A DNA stretch of 64,000 nucleotides from an uncultured Candidatus Saccharibacteria bacterium (GCA_965230955.1 OZ246404.1:33184-97183), one strand, 5' to 3'. Shown: positions 49,803 through 60,199, counted from the stretch's first letter. Notes: generated by a model not told the origin, from the sequence alone. Made by a program: numbers and translations.

Positions 49803-49879
49803 TGGTCGGGGATGAGGGATTCGCACCCTCGATCTCCTGCTCCCAAAGCAGGCGCCTTAGGCTACTGGGCCAATCCCCG
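49803..49879 (-). tRNA. tRNA-Pro(TGG)
   Basis: CGGGGAT/ATCCCCG acceptor, CCTGC-TTTGGGA-GCAGG, CCA. Confidence 0.92.
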
Positions 49880-50086
49880 CCTACGCCCCTCGGGAAACCT
49901 CGGGGCTTCGGCGGGCAGGCCCGTTTGGGCGCACCAGCCGAAAATAAAAATACCGGAAACTAGGCTTATTATACGATTTTATTAGAGAGATTGTCAAAAG
50001 GCTGGAAGTCGCTAGAATGTAGTTATGAAAGCAATTTTGCATTTTGAACTTGCTTGCGCAAGCAAGTTCTGAATTTTGAATTATTT

Positions 50087-50707
50087 ATGCGCTATCCCAA
50101 TTTCAATCATGAGAGAGAGCTGACCAAGCTCGGCTACCGAGTTGTCGCCGGAGTGGACGAAGCGGGTCGGGGTGCCTGGGCCGGGCCGGTAGTAGCGGCG
50201 GCGGTGGTTTTGCCGGTGGATTTTTCGATTCGCGGGATCGCTGATTCAAAAAAAATCACAGCGATTAAACGAGCGGAACTTTATCGGGAATTAATCGGGG
50301 CCGTCGATTGGGGCGTTGGGATCGTGCCTAATACCGTGATTGATCAGATTAATATATTACGCGCCACGCGAGTGGCGATGCGGCAAGCTTTAAGCGAGCT
50401 GAAGGCCGCGCCTGATTTTGTCTTAATAGACGCGGTTCGGATCGGTGATCTGCCCTGTCGACAGCGCTCGGTCATCAAAGGCGACTACAAAGTTATGTCG
50501 ATTGCCGCGGCGTCGATTATCGCCAAGGTGACGCGCGATAATTTATTGCGCGATTTGCACCGGAGTCTGCCGAATTATCGTTTTGACTTGCATAAAGGCT
50601 ACGGGACGAAAGTGCATCAGGCGATGATTAAGAAATATGGGGTGAGTGGGGCGCATCGGAAAACGTATAAACCCTTGGCGAAAATTGAGAATGAGCAGTT
50701 ACTTTAG
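50087..50707 (+). CDS. rnhB: ribonuclease HII
   Basis: GVDEAGRG, DSKK, KGD, AAASIIAKVTRD, HKGYGT. Confidence 0.97.
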   Translation: MRYPNFNHERELTKLGYRVVAGVDEAGRGAWAGPVVAAAVVLPVDFSIRGIADSKKITAIKRAELYRELIGAVDWGVGIVPNTVIDQINILRATRVAMRQALSELKAAPDFVLIDAVRIGDLPCRQRSVIKGDYKVMSIAAASIIAKVTRDNLLRDLHRSLPNYRFDLHKGYGTKVHQAMIKKYGVSGAHRKTYKPLAKIENEQLL

Positions 50708-50903
50708 AAAAATTAAAGCTTAAAAATGCCAAAATCTAAAAAAATTAAAAGGCAAAAAACCAAAACCATTTAAACTTTTAGCCTTAAATTTCTTTTAGAT
50801 TTTGATATTTTTAAGCTTTAAATTTTCTAGTAACTCTGTTGGCAACTATCCTATTTTGTGGTATTGTCTAAATACATATTAAGATAATTTTTTCACCAAT
50901 ATT

Positions 50904-51536
50904 ATGCAGCTCCAAACACTCCCGCGCGGCTATGTCCTTGATCCCAAGCGGCAAAAGCGCCAGTTTATCGATCCGGCACAGGTTTTGCAGGCGATTGGGC
51001 TTCACGATAGCATGGTTTTTGCCGATTTCGGCTGTGGTGCCGGCTATTTCACTATTCCGGCGGCAGAGATGGTTGGCGAGCATGGGAAGGTCTATGCTGT
51101 CGATATCCTCAAAAGCTCGCTTCAGGACATCCAGGGCAAGGCCAAGATTGAAGGCCTGCGCAATATTCAAGAGATTTGGGCTGATCTGGAAGTGGCCGGC
51201 AGTACCAAAATCCCGGCGGACTCGGTTGACATTGTTTTTTTGGCTCATATTATCCATCAATCAGTAGAACATCCGACAATTTTGGAAGAAGCAAAAAGGG
51301 TAATCAAGCCGGATGGGAAGATTGTTGTCACTGAATGGAAAAAAGTAAAAATTCCTTTTGGCCCGGCGGTGGAAAAACGGGTGGTTCAAGAAGATGTGGT
51401 CAAGGTGGCTCAAAATAACGGTTTGCGTTTGGCGCAGGAATTCTCGGCCGGAAATTATCATTACGGTTTGATTTTCAAGAAAAGCCAATACGAAACACCG
51501 ACGTCAGCTGAAGGGACTGAGGGCCAAACTTCATGA
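50904..51536 (+). CDS. class I SAM-dependent methyltransferase
   Basis: ADFGCGAG, VYAVDI, KPDG. Confidence 0.9.
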   Translation: MQLQTLPRGYVLDPKRQKRQFIDPAQVLQAIGLHDSMVFADFGCGAGYFTIPAAEMVGEHGKVYAVDILKSSLQDIQGKAKIEGLRNIQEIWADLEVAGSTKIPADSVDIVFLAHIIHQSVEHPTILEEAKRVIKPDGKIVVTEWKKVKIPFGPAVEKRVVQEDVVKVAQNNGLRLAQEFSAGNYHYGLIFKKSQYETPTSAEGTEGQTS

Positions 51537-51697
51537 GTCGAACTCCGCGCAAAATCAAGGATGATGCACCGCTGGATAAATACGGCGGGAGTATCGCTAC
51601 CGTGTTGGGCGCCGGGGCGGCTATCTGGGCCTTTTTCCGAGTGGCTTTTACCATCAGCGACGGCGTGGCCAAATTGAAAAACGGCCGCAAGAAGTAA
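51533..51697 (+). CDS. 54-aa single-TM protein (not in ORF track)
   Basis: ATGA overlap with upstream stop; MSRTPRKIK...VLGAGAAIWAFF...RKK. Confidence 0.6.
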   Translation: MSRTPRKIKDDAPLDKYGGSIATVLGAGAAIWAFFRVAFTISDGVAKLKNGRKK

Positions 51698-51774
51698 TTC
51701 AAAATTCAGAATTTAAAATGCAAAATGGGGGGATAGCGAATTATTTTGCATTATGAATTATGTATTTTGAATTT
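51696..51774. repeat. inverted heptamer array (AATTCAR/AATGCAA)
   Basis: Same family as arms at 32008, 46585, 50030. Confidence 0.75.
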
Positions 51775-51794
51775 TAATAGGGAGGGCTTTTTTT

Positions 51795-52154
51795 ATGGCG
51801 CGAAATGTTGGCGACCTAGGGGAAGAGATAGCCAAGAAATTTTTGGCGAATAAGGGCTACGAAATTATCGCCCGGAATTATTATGCCGGACGGCGGGGCG
51901 AAGTCGATCTGATCGCGATTGCGGGAATCAATATTATTTTTGTGGAAGTGAAAACCCGAACCAAAACAAAATTCAGTGTCGGGCTGGAGGCGGTGGACGG
52001 ATATAAATTAAAAAAATGGTACTGGTCGGCGGAAGATTTTATTATGAAAAATCCGGTCTATGAAAATCACCACTGGCGTTTTGACGTCGTGGAGATTTTT
52101 TTAGATTGGGAATGCCGGAGAGCGAAAGTGAAGTGGATTAAGGAGGTTTACTAA
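51795..52154 (+). CDS. yraN: YraN (UPF0102) family protein
   Basis: GEEIA, GEVDLI, FVEVKTR, RFDVV. Confidence 0.93.
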   Translation: MARNVGDLGEEIAKKFLANKGYEIIARNYYAGRRGEVDLIAIAGINIIFVEVKTRTKTKFSVGLEAVDGYKLKKWYWSAEDFIMKNPVYENHHWRFDVVEIFLDWECRRAKVKWIKEVY

Positions 52155-52281
52155 ATTCGAAATCCGAATATCGAAATTCGAAACAATACTCAAATTTGAA
52201 ATACTAAATCAAAAATGTCTAGATATTTTAATTTGTGATTTTGAATTTGTTTCGAATTTCGGATTTTGTGCTTTGAATTTT
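52152..52281. repeat. inverted heptamer array (AAATYCG)n...(CGRATTT)n
   Basis: Starts at yraN stop; related to 30055-30140. Confidence 0.8.
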
Positions 52282-52357
52282 TCTTCCCTCTCACCTTGAT
52301 TTTATCTGCCAATATGCTAGATTGGGCGGTCCCGAACGGGATAGAAGGAGGTGCTTT

Positions 52358-53545
52358 ATGAAACAGATTGGCCGGGGGCTGGTCTGGAAACTTTCCGAGC
52401 TCGAGGTGAATGTGGTGTTGCTCGGAGTCATCTCCGATGTGCATCTCGACCGCCGATTCCCCAATTACGCCCTACAGGCTTTATTCCGTCGTTTGCAGCA
52501 GTTCGAGACGGCGGTTAAGGATCTGGATAAACACGGTGCGGGTGTTCTGGTGATTCTGGGGGACTTTATCGACTTTCTGACTTTGGATGGAAGTACTCCG
52601 GGCGGCGTACCGGTGATTCAGGACGTCATGCGGTTAATCCGGCGTTTGCAAGCCTCGGGAGTGGTCGTGATTCTGCTCAAAGGAAACCACGATCGGTTGT
52701 TGTTCGATGACGACGGCCTGAAGGGTTGGTGGTCGACAGTCTTGCCGCCGAATCATTGGCGCGCCGACTGGCTTTTCCTGGAGGATGATTGGCTGCGGGT
52801 GCTTTTCGATCACGGTCATCGCTGGGATATCACTAATCGTGAAATCTTTGATCAGCATGGCCGGTCGATCAAATCTCTGGGCGACCTGGTGGTGGAACGA
52901 CTGATTGTTCCCCTGCAAAAGGAATGTCCGGACCTGAACCGCATCGAGCCGCTCTACCATATCCCGCTGTATCTCCAACAGCGTGATCCCGGCGGTCAAC
53001 TGCTTCAGCGCTGGTTGGCAGACTTCGAAAGCCTGATGAAATCGCCTGACTTCAAACGCTGGCGCCGAAATGCTCTGCCTTTTGCCAAGCGAGTGCTGGC
53101 CTCGATGCTGCCGCTCTTTTATGACATCTATTCCACGGCGACCAACGGAAGTCCGGCCGGACTGATGTCAGCCATGGAGCGGATCAGCGAGTTTGACCGA
53201 AATGCCGGCGACTATTTGCAGAAAAGACAACAGGAATTAGTAGCGGGTAAAATCGGTCCTGATGATTATCCGCCCGAATGGCAATCTTTTATCGGCGATG
53301 TGCGGTACATCGTCAACGGGCATACCCATCAAAAAGCAAAAAAGGTCGATCTCGATCCAAACGGCCATTGGCGGGGACGGATTTCTACCGGAGCTTGGGT
53401 CAAGAGCCTGCAATTGTTTCCCGAGTCGCTACCGCCTCGATCATTGACCCATTTCGAGCTGACTTGGACCGAGTTTCTCATCTCACTGACCGAGCGACGC
53501 TTGATGGAGATCAAACAGGAATCACCGGCCAGTATCATTTTCTGA
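52358..53545 (+). CDS. calcineurin-like metallophosphoesterase
   Basis: ISDVH, GDFID, GNHD, HGH, GHTH; AAGGAGGTG SD. Confidence 0.85.
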   Translation: MKQIGRGLVWKLSELEVNVVLLGVISDVHLDRRFPNYALQALFRRLQQFETAVKDLDKHGAGVLVILGDFIDFLTLDGSTPGGVPVIQDVMRLIRRLQASGVVVILLKGNHDRLLFDDDGLKGWWSTVLPPNHWRADWLFLEDDWLRVLFDHGHRWDITNREIFDQHGRSIKSLGDLVVERLIVPLQKECPDLNRIEPLYHIPLYLQQRDPGGQLLQRWLADFESLMKSPDFKRWRRNALPFAKRVLASMLPLFYDIYSTATNGSPAGLMSAMERISEFDRNAGDYLQKRQQELVAGKIGPDDYPPEWQSFIGDVRYIVNGHTHQKAKKVDLDPNGHWRGRISTGAWVKSLQLFPESLPPRSLTHFELTWTEFLISLTERRLMEIKQESPASIIF

Positions 53546-53677
53546 GTATCCGCCCCCGGCACATTTGTGACCGGGGGCATTTAATTTACTTGCCAAAACA
53601 AAATATTCTGCTATACTATTCTTATCCCGAATCCGGCAGATCATTTGTGGCTAGAACCAGGCGTTCTAGCTTCTTTT

Positions 53678-53754
53678 AAAGCCAAAAGTCAAAGCTCAAA
53701 AGTCAAAAGTTTCGATGACGGAACTTTTGACCTTTGACTTTTTACTTTTGACTT
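53678..53754. repeat. inverted heptamer array (AAAAGTC)n...(GACTTTT)n
   Basis: Ends 7 nt before nusA ATG; centre GTTTCGATGA resembles the 31355 copy. Confidence 0.9.
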
Positions 53755-53761
53755 AACTCCT

Positions 53762-54982
53762 ATGTTCGGAAAAAACTTTTTGGAAGCAATCAATCAGTTA
53801 GTAGCGGAAAAAAACATCGACCGCAAGATCGTAATTACCACGATCGAGGCGGCGCTGGCGGCGGCTTTCCGTAAGGATTACGGTACGCCGGATCAAAATA
53901 TCAAAGTGGAACTCGATGAAAAGACGGGTAATTTTAAGGTTTACGATGAAAAGAATGTCGTCAAAGAAATCGACGAAGAAATGGAAAAACGAGCTCGCGA
54001 ATATATGTTGGTAGCGGACGCGAAAAAAGCCAAGGATTACAAAAAGGTCACCGGCGCCAAGGGCGAAGTCAAAGAAGGCGACATACTCCGCAAGGAAATC
54101 ACGCCTCAGGAAGCCAAATTCGGCCGCATCGCCGCCCAGACCGCTAAACAGGTCATTATTCAGCGTATTCGAGAAGCGGAGCGCGACGCGATTTACAATG
54201 AATTTAAAGATAAAAAAGGCGAAGTGCTCAATTCGACCGTCCAGCGGGTCGAGGGCCGCAATATTTTCATGGATCTGGGATCGGCTGTCGGGATTATGTA
54301 TCCGCCGGATCAAATTCGCCGAGAACGCTACACTATCGGCCAGCGTTACAAAGTGTTTGTCAATGAAGTGCGTACCGGCCCCAAGGGACCGGAAATTTTA
54401 GTGTCGCGCGCGGCGCCCGGACTGGTCAAAAAATTATTTGAATTGGAAGTCCCGGAGATTTTCGCCAAGACGGTTGAAATCAAAGCTTTGGTGCGCGAAG
54501 CAGGTTCTCGGTCAAAGATGGCGGTATCCGCCAATGATGAAAGCGTTGATCCGATTGGTTCGTGCGTGGGACAAAAGGGAACGCGCGTGCAAGCCGTCAA
54601 GGCCGAGCTCGGCGGCGAAAATATCGATATTATCGTTTGGGATGAAGACGTGAAAAAATTTATTCCCAATTCTCTGTCGCCGGCCAAGGTGGCGAAAATC
54701 CATCTCGATTCGGAGCATAAAGAAGCTGTGGTTGAAGTCGAAGAAGATCAGCTGTCATTGGCGATTGGCAAGGAAGGTCAAAATGTTCGATTAGCCGCCA
54801 AATTGACCGGCTGGCGCATCGATATTGCCAAGGTGGGAGAAAAAAAGGACGATAAGAAAACCGACCAGAAGGATGACAAAAAAGAGGAGAAAAAAGAAGA
54901 AAAGAAAGTAGAGAAGAAAGATAAGCCGGCCGGAGAAAATGAAAAAAAGGAAGAAAAAGCTAAGCCGAAAGAGAAGAAATAA
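53762..54982 (+). CDS. nusA: transcription factor NusA
   Basis: FGRIAAQTAKQ, EVPEI, REAGSRSK, AIGKEGQNVRLA. Confidence 0.98.
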   Translation: MFGKNFLEAINQLVAEKNIDRKIVITTIEAALAAAFRKDYGTPDQNIKVELDEKTGNFKVYDEKNVVKEIDEEMEKRAREYMLVADAKKAKDYKKVTGAKGEVKEGDILRKEITPQEAKFGRIAAQTAKQVIIQRIREAERDAIYNEFKDKKGEVLNSTVQRVEGRNIFMDLGSAVGIMYPPDQIRRERYTIGQRYKVFVNEVRTGPKGPEILVSRAAPGLVKKLFELEVPEIFAKTVEIKALVREAGSRSKMAVSANDESVDPIGSCVGQKGTRVQAVKAELGGENIDIIVWDEDVKKFIPNSLSPAKVAKIHLDSEHKEAVVEVEEDQLSLAIGKEGQNVRLAAKLTGWRIDIAKVGEKKDDKKTDQKDDKKEEKKEEKKVEKKDKPAGENEKKEEKAKPKEKK

Positions 54983-55035
54983 GATATTAAGAGTATTAAG
55001 ATATTAAGACTTTAAGAATTAAATATTTTTTTGTT

Positions 55036-55083
55036 TGTCATTCTGGGGAATAAGTAACCGCCGGTGGCGGCCCGAGGATGACA
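55036..55083. repeat. GTCATT...ATGAC REP-like palindrome
   Basis: TGTCATTCT...AGGATGACA termini. Confidence 0.55.
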
Positions 55084-55110
55084 GCGTTACTTTTACTTTA
55101 ACTTAATCCT

Positions 55111-57510
55111 ATGAACATCGAAATCTGGGCTCTGATTGCCGGAGCCATCGCTCTTATCTACGCTGTTATCTTGGCTGTGCGCATTCGCCGGCTGGGAACC
55201 GGTACGGACAAAATGAAAGAAATCGCCGCGGCGGTTCGCGCCGGATCAATGGCGTATATCAAAAAGCAATACAAAGTAATCGCTATCTTCGCGGTTATCG
55301 TGACGATCGCGTTATGGCTGGCGATTAATTGGCAGACCGGCGTGGCTTTTCTCGGAGGTGCGGTTCTTTCCGCTCTGGCGGGTTATGTCGGCATGAATAT
55401 TTCGACTCAGGCGAATATTCGCACGGCGGAATCGGCCAAACAGGGAATGAAAAAAGCGTTGAGCGTGGCTTTCCAGGGCGGAGCGGTGTCCGGCATGACG
55501 GTGGTCGCTTTGGGTTTGATTGGTGTGGCCACTTTTTATTATTTTTACCATGATGTTTCTTTGTTGATCGGTTTTGGTTTTGGTGCTTCCCTGATTTCAC
55601 TTTTTGCTCGCGTCGGCGGCGGAATTTATACCAAAGCGGCCGATGTCGGCGCCGACCTGGTCGGGAAAGTCGAAAAAAATATTCCCGAAGACGATCCTCG
55701 TAATCCGGCGGTTATTGCCGACAATGTCGGTGACAATGTCGGTGATTGTGCCGGCATGGGTGCTGATTTGTTTGAAACTTACGCTGTCACCCTGATTGCG
55801 GCGATGTTGCTCGGTGTCGGGATTACCGGCGGGGTGACTTTCCCCTTGATTCTCGGCGCGGTTGGCATTATCGCTTCGATTATCGGTACTTTCTTTGTGC
55901 GTCTCGGTAAAAATAAAAATATTATGGGCGCGCTATATCGCGGGACATTCATCACGGCGGGCATTGCCGCGGTAGCGTTTTATTTCGTGATTCGCTATAC
56001 CGGACAGGATATGAAACTTTTCGGCGCGACGCTGGTTGGCTTGGCGGTGACGGTGGTGATCACTTTAATTACCGATTATTTCACGTCAAAAAAATACCGG
56101 CCGGTCAAAGATATCGCGGAAGCAAGCAAAACCGGTCCGGGCACAAATGTTATCGCCGGTCTGGCGGTTGGTTTGCAGAGTACTTTTTGGCCGGTGATTT
56201 TGATCGTCATCAGTATCTTGCTGGCTTATTGGCTGGGTGGCGTTTACGGTATCGCGATTGCCGCGGTGGCCATGTTGGCTACTACGGGCATGGTGGTTGC
56301 GGTTGATTCTTATGGCCCGATCACGGACAACGCCGGCGGAATCGCCGAAATGGCCGGTCTTCCGGAAGATGTTCGTGAAACGACCGATGCTTTGGATGCC
56401 GTCGGCAATACCACCAAAGCAGTGACCAAAGGTTACGCTATCGCTTCCGCGGCTCTGGCCGCCTTGGCTTTGTTTGCCGCGTATCGCGAGGAAATTATGC
56501 GGGCGGCGGAACAATTCAAGCTGGATAACATTTTAGATTTAAGCATCGATAATCCGTTGGTTTTGGTCGGTTTGTTCATCGGCGGAGTCTTGCCGTTCTT
56601 GTTTGGCGCTTTCACTATGCGTGCGGTCGGCCGAGCCGCTTTTAAGGTCGTTGAAAATGTGCGGGAACAATTCCGAACCAAGAAAATTATGGAAGGCATT
56701 GATAAGCCGGACTACGCTCAATGCGTCAGTATCGTGACCGGTGCGGCTCAAAAAGAAATGATTTTCCCGGCGATCATGGCGGTCGCGGCTCCTCTGGTGG
56801 TGGGCTTTGTTCTCGGGCCTCTGGCTTTGGGCGGTTTATTGGCCGGCGTCATCGTGGCCGGTTTGCTCCTGGCGATCCAGATGACGACGGGCGGTGCGGC
56901 TTGGGACAACGCCAAGAAATATATCGAAAATGGCGCTTTCGGCGGCAAGGGTTCGGATGCGCACAAAGCGGCGGTCGTGGGCGATACCGTGGGCGATCCT
57001 TTCAAGGATACGGCCGGTCCGGCGCTGAATGCCTTGATAAAAGTGATTAACACCATCGCACTGATTTTTGCTTTCTTGATTGCTCAGTATACTTTGATCA
57101 ATCCCGATATTTTCACGCAATCGGCGACGGCGGAAGAAGTGACTCCGGAAGAAATTCGCTTGGTCACTACCGAATATCGCAGTGCCCAGTACGGTTACGG
57201 CTTTTTGATGGACGACGTGAATATCGAAGAAAACGCCAATTGCACCGTGACGACGAGTCGAGTCGATCTGGCCGGCGTCATTCAGGTCTGTGTTGTCCCG
57301 AAGGATTCCGCTCTTTTCCCTCGGCAGAGTTCGGAAGTGGAAGTGGGAGGCCGACAGGGTTATGAAGACACCACATTTGCCAACGGTCGAAAATTGTATA
57401 TCCCGTATGATACGGCCGGCAAAGAGCGGATTGTCATCACCTTCAGTGCCGAGAAAAATGACCGAGCCCAAATTGATTTTCAGCAATTCTTGAGCAGCTT
57501 CTCGCTGTAA
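55111..57510 (+). CDS. hppA: membrane pyrophosphatase with C-terminal extension
   Basis: [52 protein letters not shown]. Confidence 0.96.
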   Translation: MNIEIWALIAGAIALIYAVILAVRIRRLGTGTDKMKEIAAAVRAGSMAYIKKQYKVIAIFAVIVTIALWLAINWQTGVAFLGGAVLSALAGYVGMNISTQANIRTAESAKQGMKKALSVAFQGGAVSGMTVVALGLIGVATFYYFYHDVSLLIGFGFGASLISLFARVGGGIYTKAADVGADLVGKVEKNIPEDDPRNPAVIADNVGDNVGDCAGMGADLFETYAVTLIAAMLLGVGITGGVTFPLILGAVGIIASIIGTFFVRLGKNKNIMGALYRGTFITAGIAAVAFYFVIRYTGQDMKLFGATLVGLAVTVVITLITDYFTSKKYRPVKDIAEASKTGPGTNVIAGLAVGLQSTFWPVILIVISILLAYWLGGVYGIAIAAVAMLATTGMVVAVDSYGPITDNAGGIAEMAGLPEDVRETTDALDAVGNTTKAVTKGYAIASAALAALALFAAYREEIMRAAEQFKLDNILDLSIDNPLVLVGLFIGGVLPFLFGAFTMRAVGRAAFKVVENVREQFRTKKIMEGIDKPDYAQCVSIVTGAAQKEMIFPAIMAVAAPLVVGFVLGPLALGGLLAGVIVAGLLLAIQMTTGGAAWDNAKKYIENGAFGGKGSDAHKAAVVGDTVGDPFKDTAGPALNALIKVINTIALIFAFLIAQYTLINPDIFTQSATAEEVTPEEIRLVTTEYRSAQYGYGFLMDDVNIEENANCTVTTSRVDLAGVIQVCVVPKDSALFPRQSSEVEVGGRQGYEDTTFANGRKLYIPYDTAGKERIVITFSAEKNDRAQIDFQQFLSSFSL

Positions 57511-57611
57511 TATTCCGTGACAATTTTCAAAAAAGCGTATAAAAATACGGCGTCTCAAATGAGGCGCCGTTGGCGTTGACCTGGCCGAGAAATCAAGTTA
57601 TACTCTGGCTG

Positions 57612-57875
57612 TTAACTTGGTCGAGTCTCTGTCTCCGTTTTCGGGGCGATGACCTTGATCATGATTGGAAAAATGTCCTGTTTGACCTCGAATATAAAAG
57701 CCGGAAATTCCGCTTGCAGGGCGCTGATAATTGCCGGATCGGATACCCGGCAAACGGCTGTAAACATGAAAGTCATGTGTTCTCCGCTGCCGCGTAGAGG
57801 AAAATTCAGGGCCAATCCCCGCGCCATAATTATTATTCCTTCAATGACCGGGTGATAAGGTCTCTCGATACTCAT
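57612..57875 (-). CDS. orphan hypothetical protein
   Basis: AAAGGAGG SD; TTGATA promoter candidate near 57928. Confidence 0.6.
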   Translation of the reverse strand: MSIERPYHPVIEGIIIMARGLALNFPLRGSGEHMTFMFTAVCRVSDPAIISALQAEFPAFIFEVKQDIFPIMIKVIAPKTETETRPS

Positions 57876-57942
57876 ATGTGCCTCCTTTCGTTACCTCCAT
57901 TTATCCATAATCCTATCTAAATTATCAAGTAAAATCAAAGCT

Positions 57943-59235
57943 ATGACTGTTGATAAAAAAGACCTGCCCAAATCACAAGTGGAATTGCTGATTACCATTC
58001 CCGAAACGGAGTTTGTCAAATATCTCGATCAAGCCGCCGTTAAACTTTCGAAAGAAATGAAAGTCGAAGGTTTCCGCGCCGGCAAAGTGCCGCGATCGAT
58101 CATGGAGCGCGAGCTCGGCGCGGCCAAGATTTTTGAAGAAGCCGTGCGTTTGGCGATTCCGGATACTTTCATCAAGGCGATCGAAGACGGAAAGATCGAG
58201 GCGATCGGCCAGCCGGAAATCGAGCCGCAAAAAGTGGCGAGCGGCAATGAATTTGTCTACAAAGCGCGGGTGGCGGTTTTGCCCAAAATCACGGCGCCTG
58301 ATTTTTCCGGCGTAAAAGTTGCGCGTCGGACGGTAAAAGTTGAAGACGCCGAAGTTGATAAAGTGATAAAAGATTTGCAGAATAGCCGGGCTAAGTTTTT
58401 GACCGTCAAACGGCCAGCGAAAAAAGGTGATCGGGTCGAGGTTGATTTCGAAGCCAAACTGAACAAGGTGACCATCGAAGGCGGAAAGAGTACCAATCAT
58501 CCCGTGATTATCGGGGAAAATAAATTTGTGCCCGGTTTTGAGGATAAATTATTGGGCTTGAAGGCCGACGAATCAAAAAAGTTTTCTCTGATTTTCCCCA
58601 AAGACTATTATCAAACCAAATTGGCTAATCGCGAAGTCGATTTTGACGTAAAATTGAAATTGGTGCAGGAACAGGAATTGCCGGCGCTGGATGATGCCTT
58701 CGCGGCCAGTATCGGTAAATTCAAAACACTGGCGGAATTGAAGCACCAGGTGCGCCATAATTTGGAACATGAAAAGGAACACAAGGAGGAAAATCGTCTG
58801 GAAATGGCGATCGTGACCGAATTGATCAAAAAGACGGAAATGGAATTGCCGGAAGTCTTGGTTAAATCCGAGCAGGATAAAATTGTCGACGAGATGGAGC
58901 AATCCATTAGCCAGCAGGGCGTGCCGTTTGATAAATATTTGGAATCAATCAAAAAGACCCGGGAAGAATTATCCAATGATCAAAAAGATTCGGCGATCAA
59001 GCGAGTCAAGGCCAGCTTGATTTTGCGGGCGATCGCGGGCAAAGAAAAAGTGACGGTCGCGGAAAAGGAATTGGATGACGAGATCAAAAAACTCAAAGAC
59101 GCCTACGGGAAAATGTACCAGGATCAGCCGAAGTTGCTGGAGCATTTTGATACCGAAGATTATCGTCATTACTTGCGCTCGATGATGCTGAATCGAAAAG
59201 TATTTGGGGTTCTGAAGAAAGCCTGCGTTAAGTAA
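57943..59235 (+). CDS. tig: trigger factor
   Basis: GFRAGKVP, FVPGFE, FPKDY. Confidence 0.97.
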   Translation: MTVDKKDLPKSQVELLITIPETEFVKYLDQAAVKLSKEMKVEGFRAGKVPRSIMERELGAAKIFEEAVRLAIPDTFIKAIEDGKIEAIGQPEIEPQKVASGNEFVYKARVAVLPKITAPDFSGVKVARRTVKVEDAEVDKVIKDLQNSRAKFLTVKRPAKKGDRVEVDFEAKLNKVTIEGGKSTNHPVIIGENKFVPGFEDKLLGLKADESKKFSLIFPKDYYQTKLANREVDFDVKLKLVQEQELPALDDAFAASIGKFKTLAELKHQVRHNLEHEKEHKEENRLEMAIVTELIKKTEMELPEVLVKSEQDKIVDEMEQSISQQGVPFDKYLESIKKTREELSNDQKDSAIKRVKASLILRAIAGKEKVTVAEKELDDEIKKLKDAYGKMYQDQPKLLEHFDTEDYRHYLRSMMLNRKVFGVLKKACVK

Positions 59236-59344
59236 TAAAATCATAAAATTTAAAGGAAATTTAAAGCTAAAAATATAAAGGGCGCTTTGGATTTTTAACT
59301 TCAAATTTCTTTTAAATTTTTGGTTTTAAGCTTTGGATTTTATT

Positions 59345-60199
59345 ATGAACATAGGCGCTCATGTCACTATCGCTAAAGGCCTTGTCGGTTCCGTTGAAGC
59401 GGCGCACGATTTGGGCGCGACGACTTTTCAAATTTTTTCCCGCAATCCTCGCGGGCGCGGTTCCGCTCTGGGAAAATTGACGCCGGAGGCGCTCCAAAAA
59501 GAAGTGAGCCAAGCGACAAAACTGCGGCAGCTTTACGGCATCCGCAGTTTTTATGTGCATACGCCGTACTATACCAACCTGGCTTCGCCCGACGAGCGGA
59601 TTTGGCAGCTTTCCATCCAGTCAATAATTGAAGATCTCGCCCTGACGGAAAAAATCGGGAGCGGCTATTTTGTGATGCATATCGGCCATCACATGGGACA
59701 GGGGATTGAGGCGGGGATAAAACGGGTAGTCGCCGGACTGAAAAAAATAAAACAGCTGGATAACTCAAAGACCAGATTGTTGCTGGAAATTACGGCCGGG
59801 CAGGGGACTGAAGTTGGTAATAATTTCAAAGAGATAGCGGCGATTATTACCGGATCGGGCTGGTCTGATAAAAAAATCGGACTGGTTCTGGATACCGCCC
59901 ACGCTTTCGGCGCCGGATACGATTTACGTGATGAGCGGGGGATCAACAAGATGCTCAGCGAGCTGGATCGGGCCATCGGCCTGGATTATTTGCAACTCAT
60001 TCATTGTAATGACTCGCTGGGTGAATTCGGCTCGCATAAAGACAGGCATGCTCATATTGGGGAAGGAAAAATCGGAATGGCCGGCTTCAAATCGTTGATG
60101 CGCCAACGAGTTTTGCGGAATGAGGATTTTATCGTGGAAACGGCCGGCGATAAGGTCGGCCAAGACATAGAATTGCTGAAAAAAATATCGGCTGCTTGA
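59345..60199 (+). CDS. nfo: endonuclease IV
   Basis: IGAHV, FQIF, HTPY..NLA, LEITAGQG, DTAH, HCNDS, DRHAHIGEG. Confidence 0.96.
   Translation: MNIGAHVTIAKGLVGSVEAAHDLGATTFQIFSRNPRGRGSALGKLTPEALQKEVSQATKLRQLYGIRSFYVHTPYYTNLASPDERIWQLSIQSIIEDLALTEKIGSGYFVMHIGHHMGQGIEAGIKRVVAGLKKIKQLDNSKTRLLLEITAGQGTEVGNNFKEIAAIITGSGWSDKKIGLVLDTAHAFGAGYDLRDERGINKMLSELDRAIGLDYLQLIHCNDSLGEFGSHKDRHAHIGEGKIGMAGFKSLMRQRVLRNEDFIVETAGDKVGQDIELLKKISAA

Larger units (their letters stand above)
46654..49809. mobile_element. tandem array of three mini integrative elements at tRNA-Pro 3' end
   Basis: TGGTCGG junctions at 47486, 48453, 49803; repeated internal modules; variable cargo. Confidence 0.7.

Noticed and set aside
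46654-49809. Classical integron or intact prophage
   Set aside because: No integrase, attC structure or phage structural genes
49662-49985. 107-aa ORF
   Set aside because: Reads antisense through tRNA-Pro; ORFs at 21498, 44167 and 61510 likewise overlap tRNAs
54836-54979. Purine-rich repeat-like tract
   Set aside because: Encodes the Lys/Glu/Asp-rich low-complexity tail of NusA
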